Part shown: piece by piece, positions 27,545 through 36,968 of the stretch
How the letters are laid out: each line of letters opens with the position of its first letter
Numbering within the stretch: position 1 is the stretch's first letter
NCBI GenBank assembly: GCA_041690395.1
Contig: JAWLHJ010000001.1
Span: 640,001-704,000, forward strand
Reading direction: 5' to 3'
Source of the DNA: Longimicrobiales bacterium
Lineage (GTDB): Bacteria; Gemmatimonadota; Gemmatimonadetes; Longimicrobiales; Gaopeijiaceae
Length of the DNA: 64,000 nucleotides
The notes under the pieces: generated by a model
Told to the model about the DNA's origin: nothing
What the model saw: the letters and a program-made list of their open reading frames with translations, nothing else
Databases searched by the model: none
Position numbers and translations under genes: made by a program

Positions 27545-28549
27545 TCAGGGAGCGTGGTTGAGCAACGGCAGGACGCTGAAGGAGTCCTTGTTGCGCGCGA
27601 TGTTGAGGAGCCCGACCTGCCATCCGTGCAACTCGTCGGCCACGTTCAGGATGCCGATCTGCAGACCCCGGTGCGCCCCGTGCGTGTGATTCAACGCGCT
27701 CACGGACACCCCCCTGAAGGTGCCTTCCCGGTTCAGCTTGAAGTACCCCGGCGCGATGACGACTCCACGTCCGGATCCGATGCCCACGCCGAGCCCGCCG
27801 ATCGCAACCCCGCTCAACTCGGCGATGCCCGCCCCCGCGCCACCCACCACGAGGCCGGTGGCCTCGCCCCCGACTCCGACGCCGAGCCCGCCGATCGCTA
27901 TGCCGGTAACGTCGGCGCCGGCGCCCACACCGAGCCCGCCCGCGACGATCCCCGTGATGTCGCCACCGGCTCCGACGCCCAGCCCTCCGAGTAGTAGCCC
28001 CCGGGCGTCCTCACCCGCGCCGACCCCGAGTCCGCCGATGATGACGCCCTCGACGTTGCCCCCTGCGCCCACCCCGAGCCCGCCCACCGCGAGCCCACCC
28101 AGGTTCCCCCCGCCGCCCGCTCCCAGCCCGCCGACGACGACGCCCCGGGCGTCACCGCCCACGCCCAGTCCGAGCGCCCCGATCCCGATGCCGTCGAAGT
28201 CATCCTGCACCGAGATTCCAGCGCCGAGCCCAAGGCCCCGTAGTCTGTACGCACCCGTGAGAGGAACTCCGAGGCCCAGCCCCGTCACGGTGCCACGGAT
28301 CTCCTCGTGCGGTTCCCAGATGGTCACGTTGATCCCCCGGACCCGTTCCAGGGCGCGGTCCCGGAAATTGAGGCGCAGCCCGTCGAGCCGGGGGACGTCT
28401 CCGAAGCCCAGCCCGAGATCTCCGACGGCGAGCTTGAGTCCCGGCTCCTGCGCGCCCGCGAGCGAGGGCGCCAACAGGACCGCCAGAAGGACACGGCCGA
28501 TCATGCGGCGGGTCGGGGCGGAGCGGGCCGACGGACGGGAACGAAGCAT
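27545..28549 (-). CDS. Secreted glycine-rich repeat protein (LA_2272-like surface repeat)
   Basis: Signal peptide ending LAGAQ; LDGLRLN...VRGINV; nine 15-16 aa Gly repeats; C-terminal GLQIGILNVA..LHGWQVGLLNIA...VLPLLN. Start 28549 or 28504. Confidence 0.8.
   Translation of the reverse strand: MLRSRPSARSAPTRRMIGRVLLAVLLAPSLAGAQEPGLKLAVGDLGLGFGDVPRLDGLRLNFRDRALERVRGINVTIWEPHEEIRGTVTGLGLGVPLTGAYRLRGLGLGAGISVQDDFDGIGIGALGLGVGGDARGVVVGGLGAGGGGNLGGLAVGGLGVGAGGNVEGVIIGGLGVGAGEDARGLLLGGLGVGAGGDITGIVAGGLGVGAGADVTGIAIGGLGVGVGGEATGLVVGGAGAGIAELSGVAIGGLGVGIGSGRGVVIAPGYFKLNREGTFRGVSVSALNHTHGAHRGLQIGILNVADELHGWQVGLLNIARNKDSFSVLPLLNHAP
27768..28192 (-). repeat. Intragenic ~48-bp tandem repeat encoding GxxxGGLGVGAGxDxx
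   Basis: Seven 16-aa and two 15-aa units, e.g. GLAVGGLGVGAGGNVE, GVIIGGLGVGAGEDAR, GLLLGGLGVGAGGDIT. Confidence 0.85.
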
Positions 28550-28639
28550 GGCGAGCTCGGGTTGAGGTCCACGGACGCCTCCCCCTACGGGGGCCGTGCA
28601 GAGCCGGTTTCCCGCAAGCCACCAAACCCCACGAGCAAC

Positions 28640-29041
28640 GTGCATCCCGAGTACTTCCAGGTTCGCTTTCGCACGCCGCGACATGCCGAGCCCTGGCCGC
28701 GGCGATTCGTGATCCTGACGGCCTATGCGACGACGGGCACGTCATGGACCGAGCAGGAGAACCTGGACGCGGACCGGCGCTTGGAGGAGGCGCTCCGATC
28801 GCGGTTGGGAGAGGAAGGGGACATCCGTAGGATCACGGGGTTCTCTCCCGCCACCGGGCACGCCGAGCCCGGCTGGGCGGCCCCACTCCCCTTCGAGGAA
28901 GCCTGCGACCTGGGTGTGCGTTTCCTGCAGGATGCAATTTACGTCGTGAGGGACGACCGGCTCTTCGTCTCGTACTGTGACGAACGCAGGGCGCTGGTGC
29001 CGGTGGGATCGTTCTCCGAGCGGCTCGAGGGAAGGGTGTAG
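28640..29041 (+). CDS. DUF3293-like protein
   Basis: GTG 28640; FVILTAY...EN..ADRRLEEAL...G.SP...HAEPGW...LG.RF.QDAIY pattern. Confidence 0.75.
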   Translation: MHPEYFQVRFRTPRHAEPWPRRFVILTAYATTGTSWTEQENLDADRRLEEALRSRLGEEGDIRRITGFSPATGHAEPGWAAPLPFEEACDLGVRFLQDAIYVVRDDRLFVSYCDERRALVPVGSFSERLEGRV

Positions 29042-29124
29042 CCACCTAGCTGCGGGTATCAAAGGGGGCAAATACATAGGGACGGCGCGGTGGCCCCCCC
29101 TAGCACTCAACCCGGGGATGCATC

Positions 29125-30558
29125 ATGAGCGTTCAGTGGCCCCGAGAGGGACGACCGGGCCTTGGGTCCGGCGGAGTCTCCAGCCTCATCGTTGCGATCA
29201 CGCTGCTCGCCCTCGGGGGCACCCTCCTCGTGGTTGAGCAGAGAGTGAACGGGTTGCGTGAGCGAGTGCGGGACGTGGCAGAGCCGACTGAAGACATGAT
29301 CGCCGATGTGCAGTACCTCCTTGCCCGCCAGACGTCGGCTCTTCGCGGCTACCTCATCTCCAACGACAGCACATACCTCGCACGGTATGATTCACTGCGA
29401 GTGATCGAACAGGAGATCCATCCGCGGCTCGAGCGCTATGCCACCGGTCTTTCACCGTCGATCGCCGCGGACGTCGCCTGGTTGATCCTTCTCTCGGAGC
29501 AATGGCACAGCCGCATCGTGATCTCGGAGGTTGTCGCGTACGGCACTGCCGGAGCGGCCTTCGACGCGCCCGGAGTCGTCTTCGAGCAGAGGCTCTACGG
29601 GGCTACGCTCGAGGTGGCGAGCCGTGCCATGGCGGCCGTGCGGCAGGCTGTTCGAGACTGGGAGGCCGAGATCTCGCGGGTAGAGCGCAATGGCCGTTTC
29701 GTCCTGGGCATCCTCTTTCTGTTGGCCAGCCTGGTCGCCGTCTGGACCAACATCCTCAACGCCCGGGTTCGTTCCCTGGCCTCCGAGGCCGAGGCGGGCC
29801 GTGTCGAGGCCAGGAGGGCGATGGATCGGACGGAGCAAGTGGTCGCTCAACGCGAGTCTCTCATTCGAGGATTCACGCACGACGTGAAGAATCCGCTGAA
29901 CGTCGCGGTGGGATACGCCGAGTTGTTGGAACTCGGTTACAAGGGTGACCTCCCGCCGCAGCAAGCGCACACGGTCAGCCGTGTACGGGCGGCGATCCAC
30001 GGGGCGGTCGAGATCATCGACAAGCTGCTCGAGATCAGTCGACTGGAGAGCGATGGGGTGAGGATCAAGCGCGAAGTCGTGGATCTGCGAGCGCTCGCGC
30101 GAGACGCCACCCAACAACATTCGATGGCGGCGAAGATGGCGGGGCTTGAACTAGCGTTCGTCGACGGGGCCGAACCCGAGGAGGCGCTCACGACGGTCAC
30201 CGATTCCGACCGGGTCCGGCAGGTCCTCGCGAACCTCGTGACGAACGCCCTGAAGTACACGCCGTCCCCGGGACAGGTGACGGTTCGGGTCGACGAGTCG
30301 CCCGCGGACACGCATCGACCCGGGGCATGGGCCCGGATGAGCGTCATCGACACGGGGCCGGGCATTCCCCTCGACGAGCAGGATCGGATCTTCTTCGAGT
30401 TCCACAGGGTCCCCGGCTCGACCGCGTCCGGCCATGGCCTCGGCCTCGCGAGCAGTCAACGCATCGCGCGGATGCTCGGTGGTGACGTGACCGTCGCGAG
30501 CCTTCCCGGTCCGGGGGCGATGTTCGTGTTCTGGCTTCCGCTAGAACCAGGAACATGA
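29125..30558 (+). CDS. Membrane sensor histidine kinase (helical periplasmic sensor, HisKA, HATPase); orphan
   Basis: Two TM segments, ALRGYLIS (CHASE3-like), FTHDVKNPL, NLVTNALKYT, DTGPGI, GHGLGLA. Confidence 0.9.
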   Translation: MSVQWPREGRPGLGSGGVSSLIVAITLLALGGTLLVVEQRVNGLRERVRDVAEPTEDMIADVQYLLARQTSALRGYLISNDSTYLARYDSLRVIEQEIHPRLERYATGLSPSIAADVAWLILLSEQWHSRIVISEVVAYGTAGAAFDAPGVVFEQRLYGATLEVASRAMAAVRQAVRDWEAEISRVERNGRFVLGILFLLASLVAVWTNILNARVRSLASEAEAGRVEARRAMDRTEQVVAQRESLIRGFTHDVKNPLNVAVGYAELLELGYKGDLPPQQAHTVSRVRAAIHGAVEIIDKLLEISRLESDGVRIKREVVDLRALARDATQQHSMAAKMAGLELAFVDGAEPEEALTTVTDSDRVRQVLANLVTNALKYTPSPGQVTVRVDESPADTHRPGAWARMSVIDTGPGIPLDEQDRIFFEFHRVPGSTASGHGLGLASSQRIARMLGGDVTVASLPGPGAMFVFWLPLEPGT

Positions 30559-30559
30559 G

Positions 30560-30591
30560 AAACGCCCCGAGGCCATCCGGCCTCGGGGCGT
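30560..30591. terminator. Hairpin between convergent genes
   Basis: Perfect 13-bp stem acgccccgaggcc-atcc-ggcctcggggcgt. Confidence 0.7.
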
Positions 30592-30616
30592 GGGGCGCCG
30601 AGGGCACCCAACTGGA

Positions 30617-31147
30617 TCAGCTCTCCGACGGCGCCGGTCGCGCGTCGAACTCTCCCTCGACCACCACTTCTCCGAGCTGACCCTCGACGAAGCCCGAGAG
30701 GTAGAGCAGGACGCTCCCCTTGATGACGTCGTTCGTGGACTCCGACAGCACGACGGTTCCCGAGTCCGCCACGAGGAGTCCCTCCAGCTCGTCGCCGGCG
30801 CCGAAGACGTACAGCCCGACCCAGTCCCCTTCCTGCACTTCGCCGGGCTCGATCTCGTACGAGCCGGCGGCCGGCCGGGTGGTGCCGGAGACCCCGACCA
30901 TGACGACGTCCTCGGCGCTCTCGGAGCCGAACATGATGGCGAAGATGGGTTCTCCGTTTTCGTCCTCGTCCGCGCCGAAGAACGCGTCGCCGGTGAGCGT
31001 GCGCTCGATGTCGCCCTCGACCTCGAGGCGGTAGGAGCCGTCGCCCAGAACCGGGTCCGTGGGGGAGTCGTCGTCGCAAGCGGAGACCGCCAGCGAGATA
31101 CCGATGGTGACGAGCACGGCGGCCCGTGCCCTGTTGATGATCTTCAT
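30617..31147 (-). CDS. Hypothetical acidic lipoprotein
   Basis: GGAG RBS, ATG 31147, MKIINRARAAVLVTIGISLAVSA-C lipobox, beta-rich acidic mature domain. Confidence 0.8.
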   Translation of the reverse strand: MKIINRARAAVLVTIGISLAVSACDDDSPTDPVLGDGSYRLEVEGDIERTLTGDAFFGADEDENGEPIFAIMFGSESAEDVVMVGVSGTTRPAAGSYEIEPGEVQEGDWVGLYVFGAGDELEGLLVADSGTVVLSESTNDVIKGSVLLYLSGFVEGQLGEVVVEGEFDARPAPSES

Positions 31148-31219
31148 ATGGCCACTCCAACGCATGGTTTTGCAGTCGTGCGCTCCCGGTCGAGAGCGTG
31201 AGGGCAACGTGGAGTGGAC

Positions 31220-31238
31220 CGGTTGAAGACTCGGTTAA
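31220..31238 (-). promoter_or_regulatory. Direct repeat TTAACCG/TCAACCG upstream of the lipoprotein gene (putative operator)
   Basis: Two heptamers 12 bp apart on the - strand; same consensus as 34232-34260. Confidence 0.45.
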
Positions 31239-34144
31239 ACGCCGATCGCGGCGGATTCCCGCAACTGGTTCCGGAGCTCGAGCGTCGCGGGCTCGGGAAG
31301 CGCGCCGAGCTCTCGCTCGAGAAGGGCGCTGAGCCGATCGAAGTGCCGGAGCGCCTGGAGTCGATGGCCTCCACGCGCGAGCGACCGCATGAATCCTCGG
31401 TGCGCCTCTTCGTTCAGGTCGTCGAATGCGACCGCACGTCGGTACGTTTCGACCGCCTCATCGTTGCGAGCCGCTGCCTCGAGCGCCGTGGCCAGGCGAA
31501 GCGCCGCCTCGGCGAAGCGCCCGCGAACCCGGTCCGCGATCGGCTCGTGCCAACGCACGCCGTGGCTCTCGGCCATGAAGTCCCCCCGGTAGATCGCGAG
31601 CGCCGCCTGGTAGGCGGCGATGTCGGCGTCGCCCGTGGGCGTGGCGGGCAGCCGGGCGATCGCGGCCTCGAAGCGATCGACGTCCAGGACGACCGAGCGA
31701 TCGGCCGGGATCCTGTAGACATCGCGCTCGATCACGACCCAACCGGGATCCCCCAACGTCTTCCGCAGGTGATGCAGCGTGACATGGAAGCTGTTCTTGA
31801 GGCGCTCCGGCTCCGTGTCGGGCCAGAGGGAGGCCGCGATCTCGTCCCTCGTCCGACCGCCGGGGTGGGCGGCGAGGAAGACCAGCAGCTCGCGGGGCTT
31901 GGCGTAGCTCCAAGCGTCTTCATCCAGCTGGCGCCCTTGCACGACGACCTCCAACGGACCGAGCGCACGGATCTCGAGATCGGCGGCCGGCACGGACCGG
32001 GTGTCCTCCGGAGCGGCCCCCCGCGCCCGCTCCGTCGGCGCGGGATCGGTCGGCGCAGGATCCGCCGTCCGCCCCGCCACGGGGGCGCGTACGGCGCGGG
32101 GCTCGCACACCGCCCGCACGGCCTCTTCCACATCGAGGTGGGTCGCGTCCGTCCGCGCCCGCTCGAAGGCGGCGCCGTCCGGCCCGGCGCGCAGACGGGC
32201 CACCTCCACGTCGATCAGTGTGCGGTCGAGCTCGAAGGGCGGCGCCCCGATGCGAGTCCTCAGCGTCTCGGCGAGCCCGACGAGGTGTCCGGCGCCTTCT
32301 GCGTCCTGCCGGCGTCCCCGCAGGACCCCGGTCAAGTGGAGGGCGCGGGCCGTGAACATGTCGGACGGATCGCGCAGGAGTGCGCGCAGCGACTCCAGGA
32401 ACAGCGCCTCGGCCCGCTCGTCGTCGCCCTTCCTGAGGTACAGGCCACCGAGCGTCTGGAGCGCGACGGCGAGCTCTCGGTCCTGCCCGAAGACGCGCGC
32501 GACTTCCACACCCCGTTCCGCGGTCGCCACCGCCCGCTCGAAGTCGCCCCCGGTCCCGATCGCGATGCCCAGCAGCAGCAGGCTCAAGCGGAGTCCATAA
32601 AGGTCCTGGCGTCGCTCGAACAGGCGCTTGGCCTCCTCGAGTACCTCGAGCGCCTCCGGCTTCCCTTGCTGGGCGTACGCCATGCCGAGATAACTGAGCG
32701 CATAGGCCGTCGCCTGCTCGTCGCCGAGATCCCTCACGACGGCGAGAGCCCTGGTGAGGCGGCGGTGGGCGTCGTCGGGACGGGCCTGGAGCGCGTCGAG
32801 GGCACCGAGCGCGAAGTCGAGGCGTGCCCGCGTGGCCGGCTCGATCCGTGTGTCGTCCACCCGGGCGGCCTCCTCCAACCAACGCCGCGCCTCCATCCAG
32901 TGGCGCGTCGAGAACCAGAACCACCAGGCTTTGGCGGCCAGCCGCGCGTGGAGCGCCGGATCGACGCCGGAGGTGCGTTTGAGCGCCGCGCGAAGGTTGT
33001 CGATGTCCGGAGCGAGACGAAGCGTCCACCGCCGTCGTTGACTCGTGAGGAAATGCGGCTCCGCCTCGGCGAACAGGGTGAGCATGTGCTCGGCGTGGGC
33101 CCTGCACGCGGCCTCCTTCTCCGCTGGGTCGTCGTCCAACGCGGCCGCCCCGAGCTGCCTGAGAGGCTCGAGGATCGAGTAGCGGGTGTCGCCGTCGGCC
33201 GCCCGCATCGTGACCAACGACCGCTCCACGAGCTGCTCCAGCAGATCGAGGTCCGCCCCGATCGCCTCCACGGCGGCGAGCGTGAAGCCGCCCCGGAACA
33301 CGGACAGCCGCCGGAAGACACGCTTGGCGTCCTCGTCCAGATGCTCGTAGCTCCAGAGCAGGGTCGACCGGAGTCCGGTCCGCCGGGTATCCCCCGGCTT
33401 CACGCGGTCACCGAACAGGGCATGCATGTCTTCCAGGCGCTCGAGGATCTGAGCGGGCGTCAGTACCCGCAGGCGGGCCGCCGCGAGCTCCAGGGCGAGC
33501 GGCATGCCCTCCAGCCGATCGCAGATGGCACTCACCACCGGACCGGACTCCTCGTCCAGCGCGAAGTCGGGCGCGACGTCGCGTCCCAGCTCGACGAAGA
33601 GTCGGACCGCATCGCTGCCGCAACCTTCATGGGGGAGCGGCCCGAGCGGCCATACCCGCTCCCCTGGGATCCCCAACTCGACGCGGGATGTGACGAGGAC
33701 CTGGAGCTCCGGCCTCGCGGGAAGCAGCGTCGAGACCAGCTGGACGGCCGCATCGACGAGGTGCTCACAGTTGTCCAGCACGAGCAGACGCGGCCCCGGG
33801 GGGATGGCGGCCGCGATGCGCTCAGGGTCCTTCAGGTCGTCCTCGATGCCGAGGGCGGTCGCGACGCGTGAGGCGAGGAAAGCCCCGTCTCCGACGGACG
33901 CCAGCTCCACGAACGCGACCGGGAGCGTTTCTCCGAGCCGCCGAGCGACCTCGCGGGCCAGCCGGGTCTTTCCGGTCCCGCCCAGCCCCGTGAGGGTGAC
34001 GAGCCTCCGCTCGGTGAACGCGGCCCGGATGGCGTCCAGCTCGTGGGCGCGGCCCACGAACGGCGTCAGGTCGGGTGTCGGTCCGAAGGAGCCCGACGAG
34101 AGGTCTCCGGTGGAGTCCTTCCCGGAGTCGAACGGTGCGCTCAT
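31235..34144 (-). CDS. STAND-type ATPase-TPR transcriptional regulator with C-terminal winged-helix + BTAD (SARP-like) module
   Basis: FVGRAHEL, LTGLGGTGKTRLA (Walker A), LLVLDNCEHL (Walker B), LEGMPLALELAAAR, TPR-like helices, then LEIRALGPLEV...ELLVFLA...LWPD...VTLHHLRK.L...LDVDRFE...ALAIYRGDF...DDLNEEAHRGFMR...ELGALP. Confidence 0.9.
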   Translation of the reverse strand: MSAPFDSGKDSTGDLSSGSFGPTPDLTPFVGRAHELDAIRAAFTERRLVTLTGLGGTGKTRLAREVARRLGETLPVAFVELASVGDGAFLASRVATALGIEDDLKDPERIAAAIPPGPRLLVLDNCEHLVDAAVQLVSTLLPARPELQVLVTSRVELGIPGERVWPLGPLPHEGCGSDAVRLFVELGRDVAPDFALDEESGPVVSAICDRLEGMPLALELAAARLRVLTPAQILERLEDMHALFGDRVKPGDTRRTGLRSTLLWSYEHLDEDAKRVFRRLSVFRGGFTLAAVEAIGADLDLLEQLVERSLVTMRAADGDTRYSILEPLRQLGAAALDDDPAEKEAACRAHAEHMLTLFAEAEPHFLTSQRRRWTLRLAPDIDNLRAALKRTSGVDPALHARLAAKAWWFWFSTRHWMEARRWLEEAARVDDTRIEPATRARLDFALGALDALQARPDDAHRRLTRALAVVRDLGDEQATAYALSYLGMAYAQQGKPEALEVLEEAKRLFERRQDLYGLRLSLLLLGIAIGTGGDFERAVATAERGVEVARVFGQDRELAVALQTLGGLYLRKGDDERAEALFLESLRALLRDPSDMFTARALHLTGVLRGRRQDAEGAGHLVGLAETLRTRIGAPPFELDRTLIDVEVARLRAGPDGAAFERARTDATHLDVEEAVRAVCEPRAVRAPVAGRTADPAPTDPAPTERARGAAPEDTRSVPAADLEIRALGPLEVVVQGRQLDEDAWSYAKPRELLVFLAAHPGGRTRDEIAASLWPDTEPERLKNSFHVTLHHLRKTLGDPGWVVIERDVYRIPADRSVVLDVDRFEAAIARLPATPTGDADIAAYQAALAIYRGDFMAESHGVRWHEPIADRVRGRFAEAALRLATALEAAARNDEAVETYRRAVAFDDLNEEAHRGFMRSLARGGHRLQALRHFDRLSALLERELGALPEPATLELRNQLRESAAIGV

Positions 34145-34231
34145 CGAGCGGAAGTTGATGGGGCGAACGGTCGACGCAGCTCGGACAGGAGGAGCGCGAC
34201 CGGGCAATTATGTGCGCCATGCTCGGCGCGG

Positions 34232-34260
34232 TCAATCGGATTTAATCGGCCGCCAAATCG
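34232..34260 (+). promoter_or_regulatory. Direct repeats TCAATCG/TTAATCG/CAAATCG upstream of the cytochrome c gene (putative operator)
   Basis: Three heptamers at 34232, 34242 and 34254 in the divergent intergenic region. Confidence 0.5.
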
Positions 34261-34344
34261 CGGCCGTCATCTTCGGGGTCCTCGACGGCCGCACGCGGCC
34301 GCACGAGCTGACGATGACCCCATTCCGGCGACGAGCCGGGAGGA

Positions 34345-34914
34345 ATGACGCGGATGATGAGCAGGCTTCATGGTGGACGTGAGGTGCGGGGTGGTGCCGC
34401 ATTCCTTTGCACGCTCTTGTTGGTGGGTTGCACGATCTCCGCGGAGGAGACGCCGGAGGCGGCCGGATCCGCCGCTCCGGTGGTGACGGCCGCGACGGCG
34501 GAGGACGCGGGGCGTTACATCGTCCGCGTGGGCGGCTGCAACGACTGCCACACCGAGGGCTATCTCGAGTCGATGGGTGAGGTGCCGGAGTCGAGCTGGC
34601 TGAGCGGGTCCGTCGTGGGATTTCGCGGACCGTGGGGCACGACCTATCCGGCGAACCTCCGGCTTTCGGTCGTGAACATGACGGAGGACCAGTGGGTCGA
34701 GACGCTTCGCACCCGGAAGGGACTGCCGCCCATGCCCTGGCCGAACGTCAACCAGATGACCGAAGCCGACGCCCGGGCTCTGTACCGCTACATCACGTCC
34801 CTGGGAGCCTCGGGCGCACCGGCGCCGACGAACCTCGCACCGGGGGTCGAGCCGACCACGCCGTGGATCGACTTCGTCCCGAAGAACCTGCCGGTCGTCG
34901 CTGCCGGCGGCTGA
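34345..34914 (+). CDS. Monoheme c-type cytochrome lipoprotein
   Basis: LVGC lipobox, GGCNDCH heme motif, GFRGPWGTTYPANLR, PPMPW (distal Met candidate). Confidence 0.88.
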   Translation: MTRMMSRLHGGREVRGGAAFLCTLLLVGCTISAEETPEAAGSAAPVVTAATAEDAGRYIVRVGGCNDCHTEGYLESMGEVPESSWLSGSVVGFRGPWGTTYPANLRLSVVNMTEDQWVETLRTRKGLPPMPWPNVNQMTEADARALYRYITSLGASGAPAPTNLAPGVEPTTPWIDFVPKNLPVVAAGG

Positions 34915-34986
34915 TCGGAGCTAAGACTCGACGTCGCCTCCGGGGTCGCGGCCCCGGAGGTCGTCGAGGATGTCCCGGGCTTCACG

Positions 34987-35217
34987 CTACGGCGCCCGGT
35001 CTTCGTCCTCGTCGGCGCGTGCGCTGAGCCACGCCAGCGTGCCCGACGTCGACACGGGCACCCGCAGCACGGTGCCTTCGCGCACCTGCGTGCCGATAGC
35101 CGAGCGCGCGACCTCGGCGGTCCGCCCGGACGCGTCGTCGACCAGCACCACGGTCTCGCCCTCGATCCGGTCGACCACCCACACGCGGTCCTCCGCTCCG
35201 GCGGATTCCTCCGTCAT
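34987..35217 (-). CDS. DUF3006 family protein
   Basis: VVDRIEGETVVL...REGTVL pattern; ATG overlaps the stop of the comEC-like remnant, the usual context of this family. Confidence 0.75.
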   Translation of the reverse strand: MTEESAGAEDRVWVVDRIEGETVVLVDDASGRTAEVARSAIGTQVREGTVLRVPVSTSGTLAWLSARADEDEDRAP

Positions 35218-35460
35218 CGCGACGTCCGCACCGTGTACGCGGCGTAGGCCGCGACCGACGCGTCGGTGCAGCCGTCGCGGCTTCCGTGGTGCTCGGCTTT
35301 CAAGAGGGTCACGTCGGGCACCACGTCATGATCGAGGAAGTGAGAGGAGCGGCCGCTCGGCGTCGCCGCTCAGGAAAGCCGCGAACCGGCCGAAGCGCAT
35401 CACGACCCCCACGGAGCGATCATTCTGGTCCACCGGGTCGGCCGGGGGCAAGGGGAGCCG
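35214..35460 (-). pseudogene. Decayed ComEC/Rec2-type metallo-beta-lactamase-fold gene remnant
   Basis: QNDRSVGVVMRFGRFAAFLSGDAERP, then a frameshift near 35340 to FLDHDVVPDVTLLKAEHHGSRDG...YTVRTSR*. N-terminal HxHxDH half absent; the segment normally following HHGS is missing. Confidence 0.8.
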
Positions 35461-35498
35461 GCGAGCAGCAGGAGCGAGGTCGCGAGGGCCCGGTCCAC

Positions 35499-36968
35499 TC
35501 AGCCGTCCCCGCCGGAGGGTGAAGCGCCGGTGGCCTTCCTGGTGAACCCGACCCGGGGCATCGCGCCCCATCCCTCGGCCTTCCGGAGGAAGCGCACCAG
35601 GCCCCTCAGGCGCCAGAACGCAGTGAGCTGGCGATAACCCACGTTCTCGGCCACCGCGAGGAGGAAGAGACGGAAGAGGTCCTTCAGGCGTGGATACCGC
35701 CGGAAGGCCAGCTCCTCCAGGGCCAGCGCCGAGACCGAGAGCGTGATGCCCAGGACGACGGCGACGAGGAGGAACGCGGACACGTACGCGGGGGAAGTCC
35801 AACCCAGCAGGAGCGTCATCGCGAAGACGCCGTAGCCGGCGACTTCGATGAGCGGGCCCCACATCTCCAGGAAATAGAAATGGGGCATCACCCACATACC
35901 GATGCGGCCGTACCGCCGTCGAAACAGCATGCTCCGGTGCTTGGTGAGCGACTCGCTCAGCCCGCGCTGCCAGCGGTCGCGCTGGCGTCCGAGGACCCGC
36001 AGGCTCTCCGGAGCCTCCGTCCATGCCACCGGGTCCGGCACGAAGCTGATGTTGTACGGCAGGTCGTGGTCCATGCAGTACCGGTGGAGGCGTACGACCA
36101 GCTCCATGTCCTCTCCGACCGTGTCGGTCGAGAACCCTCCGGCCGCGATGACCGTCGAGCGGCGGAAGATGCCGAAGGCGCCAGAGATGATGAGGTTCCC
36201 CTTGAGCGCTTCCCACCCCATCCGGCCGACGAGGAACGCGCGCAGGTACTCGAGCACCTGGAAGCGCGCGACGATGCTGTCCGGAAGGCGGACCTCGGTG
36301 ACCGAGCCGGCTTCGATGACGCACCCGTTGGCGATCCGGATGATGCCGCCGGCCGCCACGGTGTGCGCTTCCTCGAGGAAAGGGCGCACCACGCGAATGA
36401 GGGCGTCCCGCTCGAGCAGCGTGTCGGCGTCCATCGCGCAGAAGAGGGGGGTGCGGCAGTAGCAGAGTCCGGCGTTCAGTGCGTCGGCCTTGCCTCCGTT
36501 CTCCTTGTCGACGAGCCACAGGTGCGGGTGGCGCCGACTTCGGTACGTCTGGCGAACCTCTGCCGTATCGACGTCGAAGGTCGACATCTTCGGGAAGGGA
36601 CGCATCTCGAACGCGTCGATCATCCGCTGGACGGTCTCGTCCTTCGAGCCGTCGTTGACGACGATGACCTCGAACTCGGGGTAGTTCAGCGACAGGAGCG
36701 ACCGGACCGACTCCACGACGGTCGCCTCTTCGTTGAAGGCGGGCGCGATGAGGGTGATCGGCGGGGCGCCGGAGTGCGCGATCGTCTCCCGGACGTCGAG
36801 CGAGCGCAGACGCTCGGCGTACCGGCGAACGGCCCGAAACGCGATGACGCTCGTCAGGAGGTACGACCCGTTCAGAATGATGAAGTAGGAGAAGACGATG
36901 GCGTTGACGGTCCAGAGCACGACGCCGACCCAGGGGCCGATGGGCGAGCCGAAGATCAGGTCGTTCAT
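35499..36968 (-). CDS. Processive GT2 glycosyltransferase (PgaC/IcaA-like polysaccharide synthase)
   Basis: PAFNEE, VNDGSKD, KENGGKADALN, MDAD, SGAFGIFRR, GEDMEL, QRDRWQRG (QxxRW); N- and C-terminal TM helices. Confidence 0.93.
   Translation of the reverse strand: MNDLIFGSPIGPWVGVVLWTVNAIVFSYFIILNGSYLLTSVIAFRAVRRYAERLRSLDVRETIAHSGAPPITLIAPAFNEEATVVESVRSLLSLNYPEFEVIVVNDGSKDETVQRMIDAFEMRPFPKMSTFDVDTAEVRQTYRSRRHPHLWLVDKENGGKADALNAGLCYCRTPLFCAMDADTLLERDALIRVVRPFLEEAHTVAAGGIIRIANGCVIEAGSVTEVRLPDSIVARFQVLEYLRAFLVGRMGWEALKGNLIISGAFGIFRRSTVIAAGGFSTDTVGEDMELVVRLHRYCMDHDLPYNISFVPDPVAWTEAPESLRVLGRQRDRWQRGLSESLTKHRSMLFRRRYGRIGMWVMPHFYFLEMWGPLIEVAGYGVFAMTLLLGWTSPAYVSAFLLVAVVLGITLSVSALALEELAFRRYPRLKDLFRLFLLAVAENVGYRQLTAFWRLRGLVRFLRKAEGWGAMPRVGFTRKATGASPSGGDG

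Noticed and set aside
27720..28565. Pro/Thr-rich repetitive + strand ORF
   Set aside because: Antisense mirror of the Gly-rich repeat gene.
15843..33871. Very long antisense or alternate-frame ORFs (e.g. 15843-18614, 22349-24964, 31214-33871, also 2561-4564 and 38041-40113)
   Set aside because: Shadow ORFs opposite well-supported genes; Arg/Pro/Gly-rich with no motifs, expected from stop-codon scarcity at high GC.
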